From an uncultured bacterium (GTDB lineage Bacteria; Planctomycetota; UBA8108; UBA1146): a DNA stretch of 64,000 nucleotides. Every line of letters begins with the position of its first letter. Within the stretch, counting starts at the first letter, position 1. The position numbers and the translations under genes were made by a program. The notes beneath the pieces were generated by a model. That model did no database searches, was not told where the DNA came from, and saw nothing but the letters and a program-made list of their open reading frames with translations. The stretch spans positions 17,353 through 81,352 of the forward strand of contig CAJXMG010000002.1 in the NCBI GenBank assembly GCA_913056395.1. Direction: 5' to 3'. This document shows positions 29,704 through 38,575 of this stretch, piece after piece.

Positions 29704-31749
29704 TCAGGGGCAGGATGGGTGCTCAGAACATGAAAAGTGAGCCCCAAGAGGCGCGATTCCACATTCGGGGAAGGGCGATGGTGGACTGGCTCCACCGGAA
29801 AACTCATAGAAGAGCAGGTAGAGACCATCAGAGATATCCAGGAATCCATCGCCATTGGCATCCGCTGCTTCCTCACAGTTGATGATCACGAGATCACCGA
29901 AAACCCTTGAGATCAGCAGTACCGCATCCGCCAGCCGAACTCCGGGAGTACCATCCGCATCTCCTCGGATAAAAGTCGGTTCGCATTCATCTACGTACTC
30001 ATTGGCATTGGTATTCAGCAGTGGGTCACTCAAATCGCAAAGATCCGGATGCAGGTTGCCGTTACAATCCTCAACCACTCCTGACAGGACTGCGCAAACA
30101 TCGGGCAGGCCATCCTGATCACAATCGTCTTCACAGATATCCGGCAGACCATTTCCGTCACAATCTGACAATTGCCCGTTGCTGATCTCACACTCGTCCA
30201 GTTGACCGTTCTGATCACAGTCATTTGCGGGTATGAGAACTTCACAGACGTCAGGTTCTCCATTTTGGTTACAGTCTTGCTGACAAACGTCGGGAATCAG
30301 ATCCTCGTTGCAGTCCGACACCAGACCCAATGTTGTGGAACATTCGTCGGGGACACCGTCCGCGTCACAATCTGCAACTCCTCCTGAAAGGGTCGAACAA
30401 CTGTCGGGAACAAGATCCCCATCACAATCCGCAACCAGGCCCTCAGCGATGGCACAGGAATCGGGGATACCGTCGAGATCGCAGTCGTTTTCAGCGCCTG
30501 AGACGATCTCGCAGGCATCGGGTTCACCATCTCCGTCACAATCCTTGTCTCCACTGACCGAGAACTTCACTCCCCCTCCAAGAACAGCGGAAGTCGAATC
30601 GAGAGGAGCTCCTGCGAAGATCATTCCCTTGTCCATGGCGAGAGCCGATCCGAGAAATGACCCTGCGTATCCAGTCATATCACTCTCGTGGACCCACTCC
30701 TGAAGATAGCGGTAGATGCGAACTCTTCCCGTTGGCATCGCCTCATTGCCCATGTCCATGGGAGCTCCCACTGCCAACAGATTTCCATCGATGGCAAGGG
30801 TTGCTCCAAATCCGGTTCCGGATGAACCGCTATCCGGTGTCAGGAAGGGTTGAAGAATCCAGACCGAGTTCGACCGACGATAGGAAACCACTTGTCCGGC
30901 AAAGGGCCCTGAAAAACTGGAGTAAGGACTACCTATGAAAGCGTAATCAGACAGGAGGCAGACAGAGGTTCCAAAGCGGTCACCGGGCTGTGCCACATTG
31001 TTGCCAAATCTGGCGGATTCAAACCAACCGTCAGAACCACCTGAGTACAGAATGGCGATTCCACTATCGACCCCTGAAGCATCTCTGCCGGGAGACCCGA
31101 CCAGAAGTTGCCCAAGACTGTCGACCGAAATGGAGGTTCCGAAGTTGTCCCCTTCCACTCGATCATCCGCCAACAGCCTCTCTTCGAATTGCCATTGGCC
31201 CATGGAATTCAGGCGCCAAACTGTGACGCAGCCTGCTTCACCAACATCGGTGATAAATGTGGGACTACCGACGACCAGAACACCATCTTTCAGGGCCAGG
31301 CTACTGCCAAAGCCATCCCCATCTTCACCCTGGCTATCGACAACGATGGAATGGTAAACCCAGCCGAATCGGTCCCTCTTCCACATCTCGATGTAGCCGA
31401 GACCCGCAGCGCCGATGGCAAGCCAATTCCCATCCGCTGCCAGAGAAGATCCATACTCTGCACCGGATAATCCACTGAAGACATGCTCCAACTGGTAACC
31501 GGAGACACCTCTCTTGAAAGAACGAACACTGCCACTGAGGAAACCACCACCATCATCACCGATGGCGCCGACAAACACCCTTCCGCCACTCACAGCCACA
31601 GAGCGTCCAACCCGATCACCGGGATTGATCCCGAAGACTTGTAAATCATCTTCCACGCACTGGGACCAGAGTTGAGGTCCCTGAAGCGCTGCGATCAGAC
31701 AGAGGATCTGAATCGACAACCGGAAAATCCGGGAAAATTGGGGTGGCAT
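29704..31749 (-). CDS. Secreted FG-GAP beta-propeller protein with Cys-rich DCDxxGxPDxCE calcium-binding repeats and a C-terminal dockerin
   Basis: Repeated FG..GD / VGAP motifs, about 12 tandem DC(D/N)xNGxPDxCE repeats, and dockerin FIRGDADGTPGVRLADAV...DANGDGFLDISD. Start moved to MPPQFSRIF, which begins the signal peptide. Confidence 0.65.
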   Translation of the reverse strand: MPPQFSRIFRLSIQILCLIAALQGPQLWSQCVEDDLQVFGINPGDRVGRSVAVSGGRVFVGAIGDDGGGFLSGSVRSFKRGVSGYQLEHVFSGLSGAEYGSSLAADGNWLAIGAAGLGYIEMWKRDRFGWVYHSIVVDSQGEDGDGFGSSLALKDGVLVVGSPTFITDVGEAGCVTVWRLNSMGQWQFEERLLADDRVEGDNFGTSISVDSLGQLLVGSPGRDASGVDSGIAILYSGGSDGWFESARFGNNVAQPGDRFGTSVCLLSDYAFIGSPYSSFSGPFAGQVVSYRRSNSVWILQPFLTPDSGSSGTGFGATLAIDGNLLAVGAPMDMGNEAMPTGRVRIYRYLQEWVHESDMTGYAGSFLGSALAMDKGMIFAGAPLDSTSAVLGGGVKFSVSGDKDCDGDGEPDACEIVSGAENDCDLDGIPDSCAIAEGLVADCDGDLVPDSCSTLSGGVADCDADGVPDECSTTLGLVSDCNEDLIPDVCQQDCNQNGEPDVCEVLIPANDCDQNGQLDECEISNGQLSDCDGNGLPDICEDDCDQDGLPDVCAVLSGVVEDCNGNLHPDLCDLSDPLLNTNANEYVDECEPTFIRGDADGTPGVRLADAVLLISRVFGDLVIINCEEAADANGDGFLDISDGLYLLFYEFSGGASPPSPFPECGIAPLGAHFSCSEHPSCP

Positions 31750-31821
31750 TTTGGGACCATTCTCACAGGGGATGAATGCGATCAGAGGGCGCACTGGAAG
31801 AACACTGTGAGATCAATTCAA

Positions 31822-31858
31822 GCCGTCCTTCCGGAAGTGTCAATCCCGGAAGGACGGC
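31822..31858 (-). terminator. GC-rich 13-bp perfect stem-loop between the amidohydrolase operon and the FG-GAP gene (terminator or attenuator)
   Basis: gccgtccttccgg (loop aagtgtcaatc) ccggaaggacggc, with a weak U-tract on the minus strand. Confidence 0.4.
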
Positions 31859-31887
31859 CCAATAACATCAGTCAGGTAAGGCAGAGA

Positions 31888-33294
31888 CTAGCCCTTGAGA
31901 GGATCTCCCAAGCGACGTGGCCAATGATCGTCCGGCGGAGGAGCATCGAGATCTCCACCAGGCCTGATGTGATCAAGAATGCCTTCTTCTTCCTTGTCGT
32001 ACTGAATCTTGCCGTTGACGAAAGCCCAACGGACCAGAGTCATGTAACTGAGCAGATCACCGTCGGTGATGATGAAGTCGGCATCTTTTCCCACCTCGAG
32101 GGAGCCCACACGATCAGCCACACCCAGCAACCTCGCCGGTTCGATGGTGATCGCTTCGATGGCAACCTGTTCTGGCAAACCGCCTCTTACCGCAAAGGCT
32201 GCCTCCAGAGGAAGGTGAGAGAGATCCCGCCCGGCCAGTCCCCAAAGAGCAATCCCGGTACTTTGTGGAATGATGACCAGCGGTACACCGGCATCGTGGA
32301 GCATCTTTGCATTCTCAATGCTCGATCCGCTTTCACGGTTGAGATCCTCATTGGCATCCACGCGGGCGCGAGGCGAAATGACGGCGCTGGCTCCGGTTCT
32401 CGAAAGAACTCCGGGGTCGATCCACCCCTCCTCGGCTCCTTCAAAGACGATTTCAAAACCGTATTTGCGGGCCAAAGCAGAATACTCGCGAATCTCCGCC
32501 ATCGAACGGGCACGTACCAACGCCTGGCTTTCTCCGGTAAGCAAACTGCGAACCGTGGCGTAGATCCCCTTGATCCATTTGTCATCCGGGGCTTTCGCTT
32601 CAGGATCTTTTTTCTTCTCCTCGGCGTGGCGCTCCAACGCTCTCAGGTGCTCCTGAACCCGATCCATCGCACGGCGCAGTTCACTGCGGCCTCTGGGATT
32701 CCTGTAGCTGTAATTGATACTGCTGAAGGATTTGGGACGGATGGTCAGGTCCTCGAGGCTTCCATGAACCAGCTTGGTGACTCTCGAGCCGTTCCAGGTG
32801 GCAGTGATGCCGGCGGCCAGACCCATCGTCGTATCGAGATCGAAGGGGTCCTGGCTCTTCTCCGCTTCACCGGAACCGACCAATCCGGAAGAACGAAACG
32901 CGACCAGACCCGGATAAACATGGTGCCCCGTCGCGTCGATCACCTCTGCCCCCTCGGGGCCATCCACAGGACCGGCAACGATCTGATAGATCTTGCCGTT
33001 CTTGCAGATCAGGGTTCCGTTTCTGTGGGTTCCACCTGTCACGGTGTGAAGGGTGGCACCACGGATGACGAGGTATTCATCCTCCGAGTCCGCGGCGACG
33101 ATCTCCTTCTTCTCCGGCTCCGGTTCCGGTGCGGGAGGAGGAGGTTGACGGCGGCGTCCTCGACGGCGACGGGGAGGATCTTGTGCTTCCGAGATGCTCT
33201 CGCACAAACTGTAGCCACCCGGAATCACCGGCATGTCCGTGAAGACGATGACAAAAGCCAACAGAGCGGTGATGGTTCGAATCTTCTTCAACAT
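31888..33294 (-). CDS. Secreted amidohydrolase-fold protein, paralog 1 (HxH metal motif absent)
   Basis: Signal peptide. Amidohydrolase N-terminal beta-sandwich IRGATLHTVTGG...EVIDATGHHVYPGLV and C-terminal GSLEVGKDADFIITDGD. The conserved D-x-H-x-H is replaced by AFRSSG. Confidence 0.7.
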   Translation of the reverse strand: MLKKIRTITALLAFVIVFTDMPVIPGGYSLCESISEAQDPPRRRRGRRRQPPPPAPEPEPEKKEIVAADSEDEYLVIRGATLHTVTGGTHRNGTLICKNGKIYQIVAGPVDGPEGAEVIDATGHHVYPGLVAFRSSGLVGSGEAEKSQDPFDLDTTMGLAAGITATWNGSRVTKLVHGSLEDLTIRPKSFSSINYSYRNPRGRSELRRAMDRVQEHLRALERHAEEKKKDPEAKAPDDKWIKGIYATVRSLLTGESQALVRARSMAEIREYSALARKYGFEIVFEGAEEGWIDPGVLSRTGASAVISPRARVDANEDLNRESGSSIENAKMLHDAGVPLVIIPQSTGIALWGLAGRDLSHLPLEAAFAVRGGLPEQVAIEAITIEPARLLGVADRVGSLEVGKDADFIITDGDLLSYMTLVRWAFVNGKIQYDKEEEGILDHIRPGGDLDAPPPDDHWPRRLGDPLKG

Positions 33295-34613
33295 CAGCGA
33301 CCCTCCCGATCCCAGACCACTTCACCGGAGATGATGGTCTTCATGACTTTCACTCCCGGGTCGAGTAACGATCCATTGAGAAGAATCAGGTGGGCTGCTT
33401 TGCCCTCCTCGATCGTCCCCATCTGATCACCCAGTCCCAAAAACTTTGCCGGGGCAGAAGTCAGTGAGGCGATCGCATCTTCTTCAGACATTCCATAACG
33501 AACCTGCTCCGCCATATATCCAGGCAGTTCTCTCATGCCACTGGCACTGTCAGAGCGCGGCAGGGAGATCACAGAACACCCTCCCCGTGAGAGTGCCGCT
33601 GGAACATGGTAGCGGTAGTAGGTATCGGGCAAAGCGCTCATCCCGGGAGGAATCATGACCGTCGCCTTGCGCTCGATCAGTTCATCGACCACTTCATGGA
33701 ACGCACCGTTGCGACTTCCCGGCAAAACGAAGATCGATGGTGGATCCCGATCCTCCAACTCCTTGACGCTCGACATCGCCGCATCCACGTGCAGCATCGA
33801 ACCGGGAGAAGAGATCGAGATGACCAGCGGCATGGCGGAAGATTTCTCTTCGAGAATGTCCACCAGCGGAACCAGAGCAGGATTCATCGGCGGAGCCTTG
33901 AACTCCTTGGGACCTTCGTCTTTTTTCGACTTGTCCCCCTTCTCGGCTGCAGCCTTGTCCTTGTCGCCTTTTTCCGCTTCCTTCTTCTTCGCCTCTTCTG
34001 CGGCCTTCTTGGCCTCTTCCTGCTTTTTGTCCCACTCTTCCCGAGCCTTCTTCGCCTTTTCGATCTCCTTGCGGGCACCATCGAAGGCCTGAGACACGGT
34101 TCGGTAGAGTGAAGTAGAGCCTGTCACCGTCAGCGGCAGATAGACCGACTCCTTGAGGATGCGGTTCTCTGCTTCAGGTGCGGTGTGCACGATGACCGCT
34201 TGTCCGTGAAATCCGGTTCCGGCAGGAACAAAGGCGGCAGCAACAAAGCCTGCCTCCAGAAAAGATTCCCAATCCATTTCCGAGTCGACCCAGCGATTGA
34301 GAACCGTCTGGTCACAACCCACACCGCTGACTCTTCCACCGATCAAACCCTGGCTCGTTCGGGAGAGAACCAGTCCCGCCATCAATGTCTGATTCCGGGC
34401 CTCGATAATTTTGGCGTTGTCAGGAATCTCGAGCTGGTTGCCAATCAGGGTGATCTTGCCATCTTCGATGACCACTTCACCGGGACTGATCGTCTCACCG
34501 GTACCGGTGATCACCGAGCCCGCACGAATGACCGTGACCCGGTCCTCCGCCAGCAGATCCGAGGAGACCCCCGCCACCAAGGCAAGGATCCAGGTCCATT
34601 GAATGATTCTCAT
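33294..34613 (-). CDS. Secreted amidohydrolase-fold protein, paralog 2 (HxH absent; Lys/Glu-rich linker)
   Basis: Signal peptide, IRAGSVITGTG...KIIEARNQTLMAGLV, C-terminal TIEEGKAAHLILLNG. TGATG overlap with paralog 1. Confidence 0.7.
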   Translation of the reverse strand: MRIIQWTWILALVAGVSSDLLAEDRVTVIRAGSVITGTGETISPGEVVIEDGKITLIGNQLEIPDNAKIIEARNQTLMAGLVLSRTSQGLIGGRVSGVGCDQTVLNRWVDSEMDWESFLEAGFVAAAFVPAGTGFHGQAVIVHTAPEAENRILKESVYLPLTVTGSTSLYRTVSQAFDGARKEIEKAKKAREEWDKKQEEAKKAAEEAKKKEAEKGDKDKAAAEKGDKSKKDEGPKEFKAPPMNPALVPLVDILEEKSSAMPLVISISSPGSMLHVDAAMSSVKELEDRDPPSIFVLPGSRNGAFHEVVDELIERKATVMIPPGMSALPDTYYRYHVPAALSRGGCSVISLPRSDSASGMRELPGYMAEQVRYGMSEEDAIASLTSAPAKFLGLGDQMGTIEEGKAAHLILLNGSLLDPGVKVMKTIISGEVVWDREGR

Positions 34614-35854
34614 TAGAAAACCCTCTTCTCACTGGCTTCGTAGGTGACCTCACCATCGATCACCGTCATCTCGCAGGATGAACGGGGGTCGATCGGGTCA
34701 CCGGTCCAAAGGCAAAAATCAGCGTCGAGCCCCACAGTGATGCTGCCGAGACGATGGTCCATCATCAGTGCTTCCGCGGGGATTTTGGTGATGCCCTTCA
34801 GCGCCTCGTAGGGTTTCCAACCGTAGTAGCAGGCCATGCTCGCCTGGTAGGCCAACTCTTCCTGCGGCACCACCGGAGAGTCGGTGTTGATACCCAGCTT
34901 GCGCACACCCCCCTGCCACCAGCGGGCAGCATTGCCCATCAGGCGTCTCTGGGTGCGGTCGTAGTGCAGCTGTCTCGGTCCATTGATGGTGTAAATCGAC
35001 TCGTCTGCATTGACGAGCGGAGCCACTTTCCAGGCGTCGAAGGTGGAGTGGTCCAGCACCGTACGGATGTTGAATTCTCCTGCAACCATTTTGACGGTGG
35101 TCATCAGCACCTGGTAAATCTGGGTGTGAACCGAAGCCACGGTTTCACGACGGAACAGCGGTCTAAACTCTTCCCAGTTCAGGTTGAAAGCGGGCTCGAC
35201 CTCGAGGCGACCCTCTTCCCACTCGGTTCTTGCCAAGTGGTAATCCCGTGCTTTGCGCAGGGTCTGACGGGTGTTGAAGTTCATGAAGGAACGTCCCACA
35301 CCGTAGAAGTAACGCTCCGGGTTTCCTGCCTGGGCGATCTTCAGGGATCCGGGAGCCTTGATGACGGATTCCGCAACGGTGCCCTCGGAGGTCTTCATGA
35401 TCGTACCGAAGCCGGACATGTTGTTTCCGCTACCCGGGATCGTCAATACCGTCGTCACACCACCGGCGCGAGCGCGAATCATCTCCGGGTTGTCGGGGAC
35501 GATGGATTCCAGCGTGCGCAATCCGGGGTTTGTCAGATAGACGTAGTCATGGAGGTCGGGAGAGCCACCTCCGGTGTGGTTGTGGCACTCGACAAAGCCG
35601 GGAACCAGCCACAGATCCTTGTGCTCAAAGACCTTTGCTCCGGCGGGGATCATGATCTCTTTCGATTTCCCCACCGCCGTGATCTTTCCATTTTCGACGA
35701 TCACGGTGGCATTGTTGATCACCCGCTCTTCGGTATCAAAGGTCACCACCTTGCCGACCTTGAATGCCAGGGTCTCGGCGGTTGCATCCGCCGAAAGACA
35801 AACGAGGAACAGGAAGGCCAGGCTGAAAATCCATTGATTGGCAGAGATCCTCAT
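34613..35854 (-). CDS. Secreted amidohydrolase, paralog 3 (the only one with an intact HxH motif)
   Basis: LWLVPGFVECHNHTGG is the canonical amidohydrolase HxH. Signal peptide MRISANQWIFSLAFLFLVCLSA. TGATG overlap with paralog 2. Confidence 0.75.
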   Translation of the reverse strand: MRISANQWIFSLAFLFLVCLSADATAETLAFKVGKVVTFDTEERVINNATVIVENGKITAVGKSKEIMIPAGAKVFEHKDLWLVPGFVECHNHTGGGSPDLHDYVYLTNPGLRTLESIVPDNPEMIRARAGGVTTVLTIPGSGNNMSGFGTIMKTSEGTVAESVIKAPGSLKIAQAGNPERYFYGVGRSFMNFNTRQTLRKARDYHLARTEWEEGRLEVEPAFNLNWEEFRPLFRRETVASVHTQIYQVLMTTVKMVAGEFNIRTVLDHSTFDAWKVAPLVNADESIYTINGPRQLHYDRTQRRLMGNAARWWQGGVRKLGINTDSPVVPQEELAYQASMACYYGWKPYEALKGITKIPAEALMMDHRLGSITVGLDADFCLWTGDPIDPRSSCEMTVIDGEVTYEASEKRVF

Positions 35855-38574
35855 CGTTGGACCTCCTCTCCATTGACAAATACTCGCTCGAGGCGACTGC
35901 CCCCTTCGAAAGGATGACCCTTCCAAATGAGCAGGTCTGCTTCCATGCCGACACCGATCTGACCGATTCGGTCATGGGCGCCGACCACCTTGGCCGCTCC
36001 CCGGGTCAGCGCATCCAGTGCCGCATCCGCAGCCATTCCATTGGCCACTTCTCCACGGACCCTGAAGGGCAATCTGCGGGCACCATCAGCAGCGGAACTT
36101 CTGAAGCCGACTGTCACTCCTGCACGACCCAACCAGGTGGAGGGCATGTAGGTCGTATCTGCAGCCTCAAAGCTCATCTGATCCGGCAGCAACACGGGGA
36201 TCTTCTTCTCCAGAAGCAGATCCTTGTGAAAACGCATGAACTGATCGAGTTGAACGGCAAAAGGGATCTCCTTGCCGGTGAAGTAATCGACCACAGACGG
36301 CAAGGTGTTGAAGCCCCTCACCGACACGAGGACCGGAATCTTCTTTTCCAGTACCGAACGGATCGGCTCCAGAGTCGCCCGGACTCTGGGCGGCCTCGGT
36401 CGACCATCATCGTCCTGCTTCTTCCGACGGGTGACCTTGAAGGTTTTCGCCTCCTTGCTGGTCCGGGTTCCGGAAAGATCCGCCGAGAAGGTCAGGATTG
36501 AAACCTTGCCCTCCATCGAATCTTCACCGGTGAGCTCCGCTTCGATCCGAGGAGTGTCCGGAAGATCTCCTTCGGGAACTTCGATGGTTCCCTGGAGAGT
36601 CGTTCCCTCAAGAGTACCGACGATTCGTACCGGCACCGGCGGTGCAGGCTCGACCAGTCGACCCTCCCACTCTGATCCAGTCAGGGTGATCGAAAGAGTG
36701 GCGCTTTCAGGCTCGGGAATCGGACCACCACTGATGGTCATCTCCCAGATTCCGGTCAGAGGGTCATCCAGTTTCTCTTCCGGAACCTCCTCGACCTCCT
36801 CCTGCTTACTCTTCTCAATCTTCTCCCCGGCCTCTTTTTTCTTCTTCCACTCGGCGAGATCTTTTTCGTATTTTTCCCATGTCTCGAGGTACTTCTGCCC
36901 TTGATCAAAGAGACGACGAATCGCCCCGAATCCACTATCGGAGATTTCCAGGAGAAGCATCGAGTAGTGATCGTCGATCCGCGCTTCACGGCTGTCGCCG
37001 GAAGTTTTGGCGAGAACGCCGATCCCCGCTCCACGCTGCAGTCGCTTCGGTGCCAGCAACTGACTGGTCACTCCAGCCAGAGCCACGCTGTGCTCTCGGT
37101 CACCGGTCACTCCCAACATTCGATGCAATCGATCACCGGTTCCCATCGAGGCGGAGTCCCCCTCCAGTCCCAAATGGCCGTAACAATCGATGAATCCGGG
37201 GGCAAGAAAACTGCCGGGTCCGGCGTCGATCACCTGACAATGCGGCGGGTGAGGAACCCGGTGCCCGACCGCGGTTATTACACCGTTCTCGATCAGGACC
37301 TGAGCATCACTCAACTGTTCCTCAGGAGAGATCCAGATCGTCTCTGCGCTGATCACTTTGGTGTGCTGCTCCTCCGGCTGCCACGCTCTCAGGCCCTCGA
37401 CAAAAACCTCGAGGGGACGGGCGTGAATCTTCCAGGGTGCATCGTTCCAGACGACGATATCGGCGTCCGCTCCGGGATGGAGGTGTCCCACCCGGTCTGC
37501 AACTCCGAGGATGCGGGCCGCATTATGGGTCACCCAGGGAATCACCGATTCCGGGGAATCCATGGCAGCCGCCGCTTCACTCATCGCCCAACCCAACTGG
37601 GAAAGGTCATCACCGGGAGGGGCCAATGCCCAAGCGGGACTCCCCTTCAGATGCGGAAAACCGTGGGAGCGAAGGACGCCTCCGTTGGGAATATCCCCCT
37701 GAGGTCCTCTCATACGCAGGACCACAGGAACTCCGGCATCCGCCAGATCGGCTTCCATGGCGCCGACCATCGCATCCGCCACGAGATATCCCTGACGACC
37801 TTCCGACTGCATCATTTGAATCATGCCCTGGAGATCGGGAGCAGCATCCACAGAGATGCGCATGGGAACTCCAGTGCCCCAGACCTTGGCCAGCTCACCG
37901 TGAGCGAGAGCATCTTTTCCCGCCATATCGATGGCCTCACGCAAAGCGAGAAGACGATCAACCCGGCTGGCGGGTCTCTGCGGGGCGGGTGGTTCAATCT
38001 GAACATCACTGGACGCGGGGAAGGGGATCTCCAGAAGAGGATCGGGATTGTCGACCCGGTCTCTGAGGGAGATTGCCAGATCTGAAGAATCGACCAGCAC
38101 CCTGCCGGAAGGAGCACCCTCCAGCTTCACCACCGCCCCCTGACCCGACATCAGTCGGTGTTCACCGGGATTGACATGAATCGTGGTCACGCCTGTTTCC
38201 AGGAGTGGGCGATGATCGCCGTAGGTGTTGTATCCATCTACCGCACGGAATGCGGCGGAAATCGATTCGTCACCACGGTGGGGACCGACAACCGCACTGG
38301 AGGCCGCAACGAGCCCGGGTGTCACATAGGCGTCAGGCCAATGCAACAGCGGAAGATCACCCACCAAACCGGCGGAGATCTGGGCCCATGGACCACAATC
38401 CACGACACGGCCATCTCGAACGACGATGGCTCCATCCACCAGCGATTGCTGCCCGGTATGCAAATGCCCGGCGCGAAGAACAAAATCTCCGCCTGCCCGG
38501 ACCTCTGCCGATGGGAGCAACACCAGTATCAGGAGCAGTAACCCGGTCAACCGGGTCCACTTGCCTGTCTGCAT
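35851..38574 (-). CDS. Secreted tandem double amidohydrolase-fold protein, paralog 4 (two degenerate domains plus ~200-aa charged linker)
   Basis: Two amidohydrolase-like units (YVTPGLVAASS... and FLAPGFIDCYGHLG...) separated by a K/E-rich low-complexity segment. Signal peptide MQTGKWTRLTGLLLLILVLL. Confidence 0.65.
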   Translation of the reverse strand: MQTGKWTRLTGLLLLILVLLPSAEVRAGGDFVLRAGHLHTGQQSLVDGAIVVRDGRVVDCGPWAQISAGLVGDLPLLHWPDAYVTPGLVAASSAVVGPHRGDESISAAFRAVDGYNTYGDHRPLLETGVTTIHVNPGEHRLMSGQGAVVKLEGAPSGRVLVDSSDLAISLRDRVDNPDPLLEIPFPASSDVQIEPPAPQRPASRVDRLLALREAIDMAGKDALAHGELAKVWGTGVPMRISVDAAPDLQGMIQMMQSEGRQGYLVADAMVGAMEADLADAGVPVVLRMRGPQGDIPNGGVLRSHGFPHLKGSPAWALAPPGDDLSQLGWAMSEAAAAMDSPESVIPWVTHNAARILGVADRVGHLHPGADADIVVWNDAPWKIHARPLEVFVEGLRAWQPEEQHTKVISAETIWISPEEQLSDAQVLIENGVITAVGHRVPHPPHCQVIDAGPGSFLAPGFIDCYGHLGLEGDSASMGTGDRLHRMLGVTGDREHSVALAGVTSQLLAPKRLQRGAGIGVLAKTSGDSREARIDDHYSMLLLEISDSGFGAIRRLFDQGQKYLETWEKYEKDLAEWKKKKEAGEKIEKSKQEEVEEVPEEKLDDPLTGIWEMTISGGPIPEPESATLSITLTGSEWEGRLVEPAPPVPVRIVGTLEGTTLQGTIEVPEGDLPDTPRIEAELTGEDSMEGKVSILTFSADLSGTRTSKEAKTFKVTRRKKQDDDGRPRPPRVRATLEPIRSVLEKKIPVLVSVRGFNTLPSVVDYFTGKEIPFAVQLDQFMRFHKDLLLEKKIPVLLPDQMSFEAADTTYMPSTWLGRAGVTVGFRSSAADGARRLPFRVRGEVANGMAADAALDALTRGAAKVVGAHDRIGQIGVGMEADLLIWKGHPFEGGSRLERVFVNGEEVQR

Positions 38575-38575
38575 C

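Noticed and set aside
31672-33426. Long plus-strand ORFs antisense to the amidohydrolase operon (31672..33426, 34754..35917, 36901..38085, 39188..40036, 40469..41773)
   Set aside because: They have no recognisable domains or signal logic. The opposite strand carries clear amidohydrolase-fold homology with coupled overlaps. High GC content produces long shadow ORFs.
33884-34081. Arg/Lys-rich antisense ORFs (e.g. 33884..34081, 36756..37034)
   Set aside because: They are artefacts of purine-rich linker-coding tracts on the sense strand.
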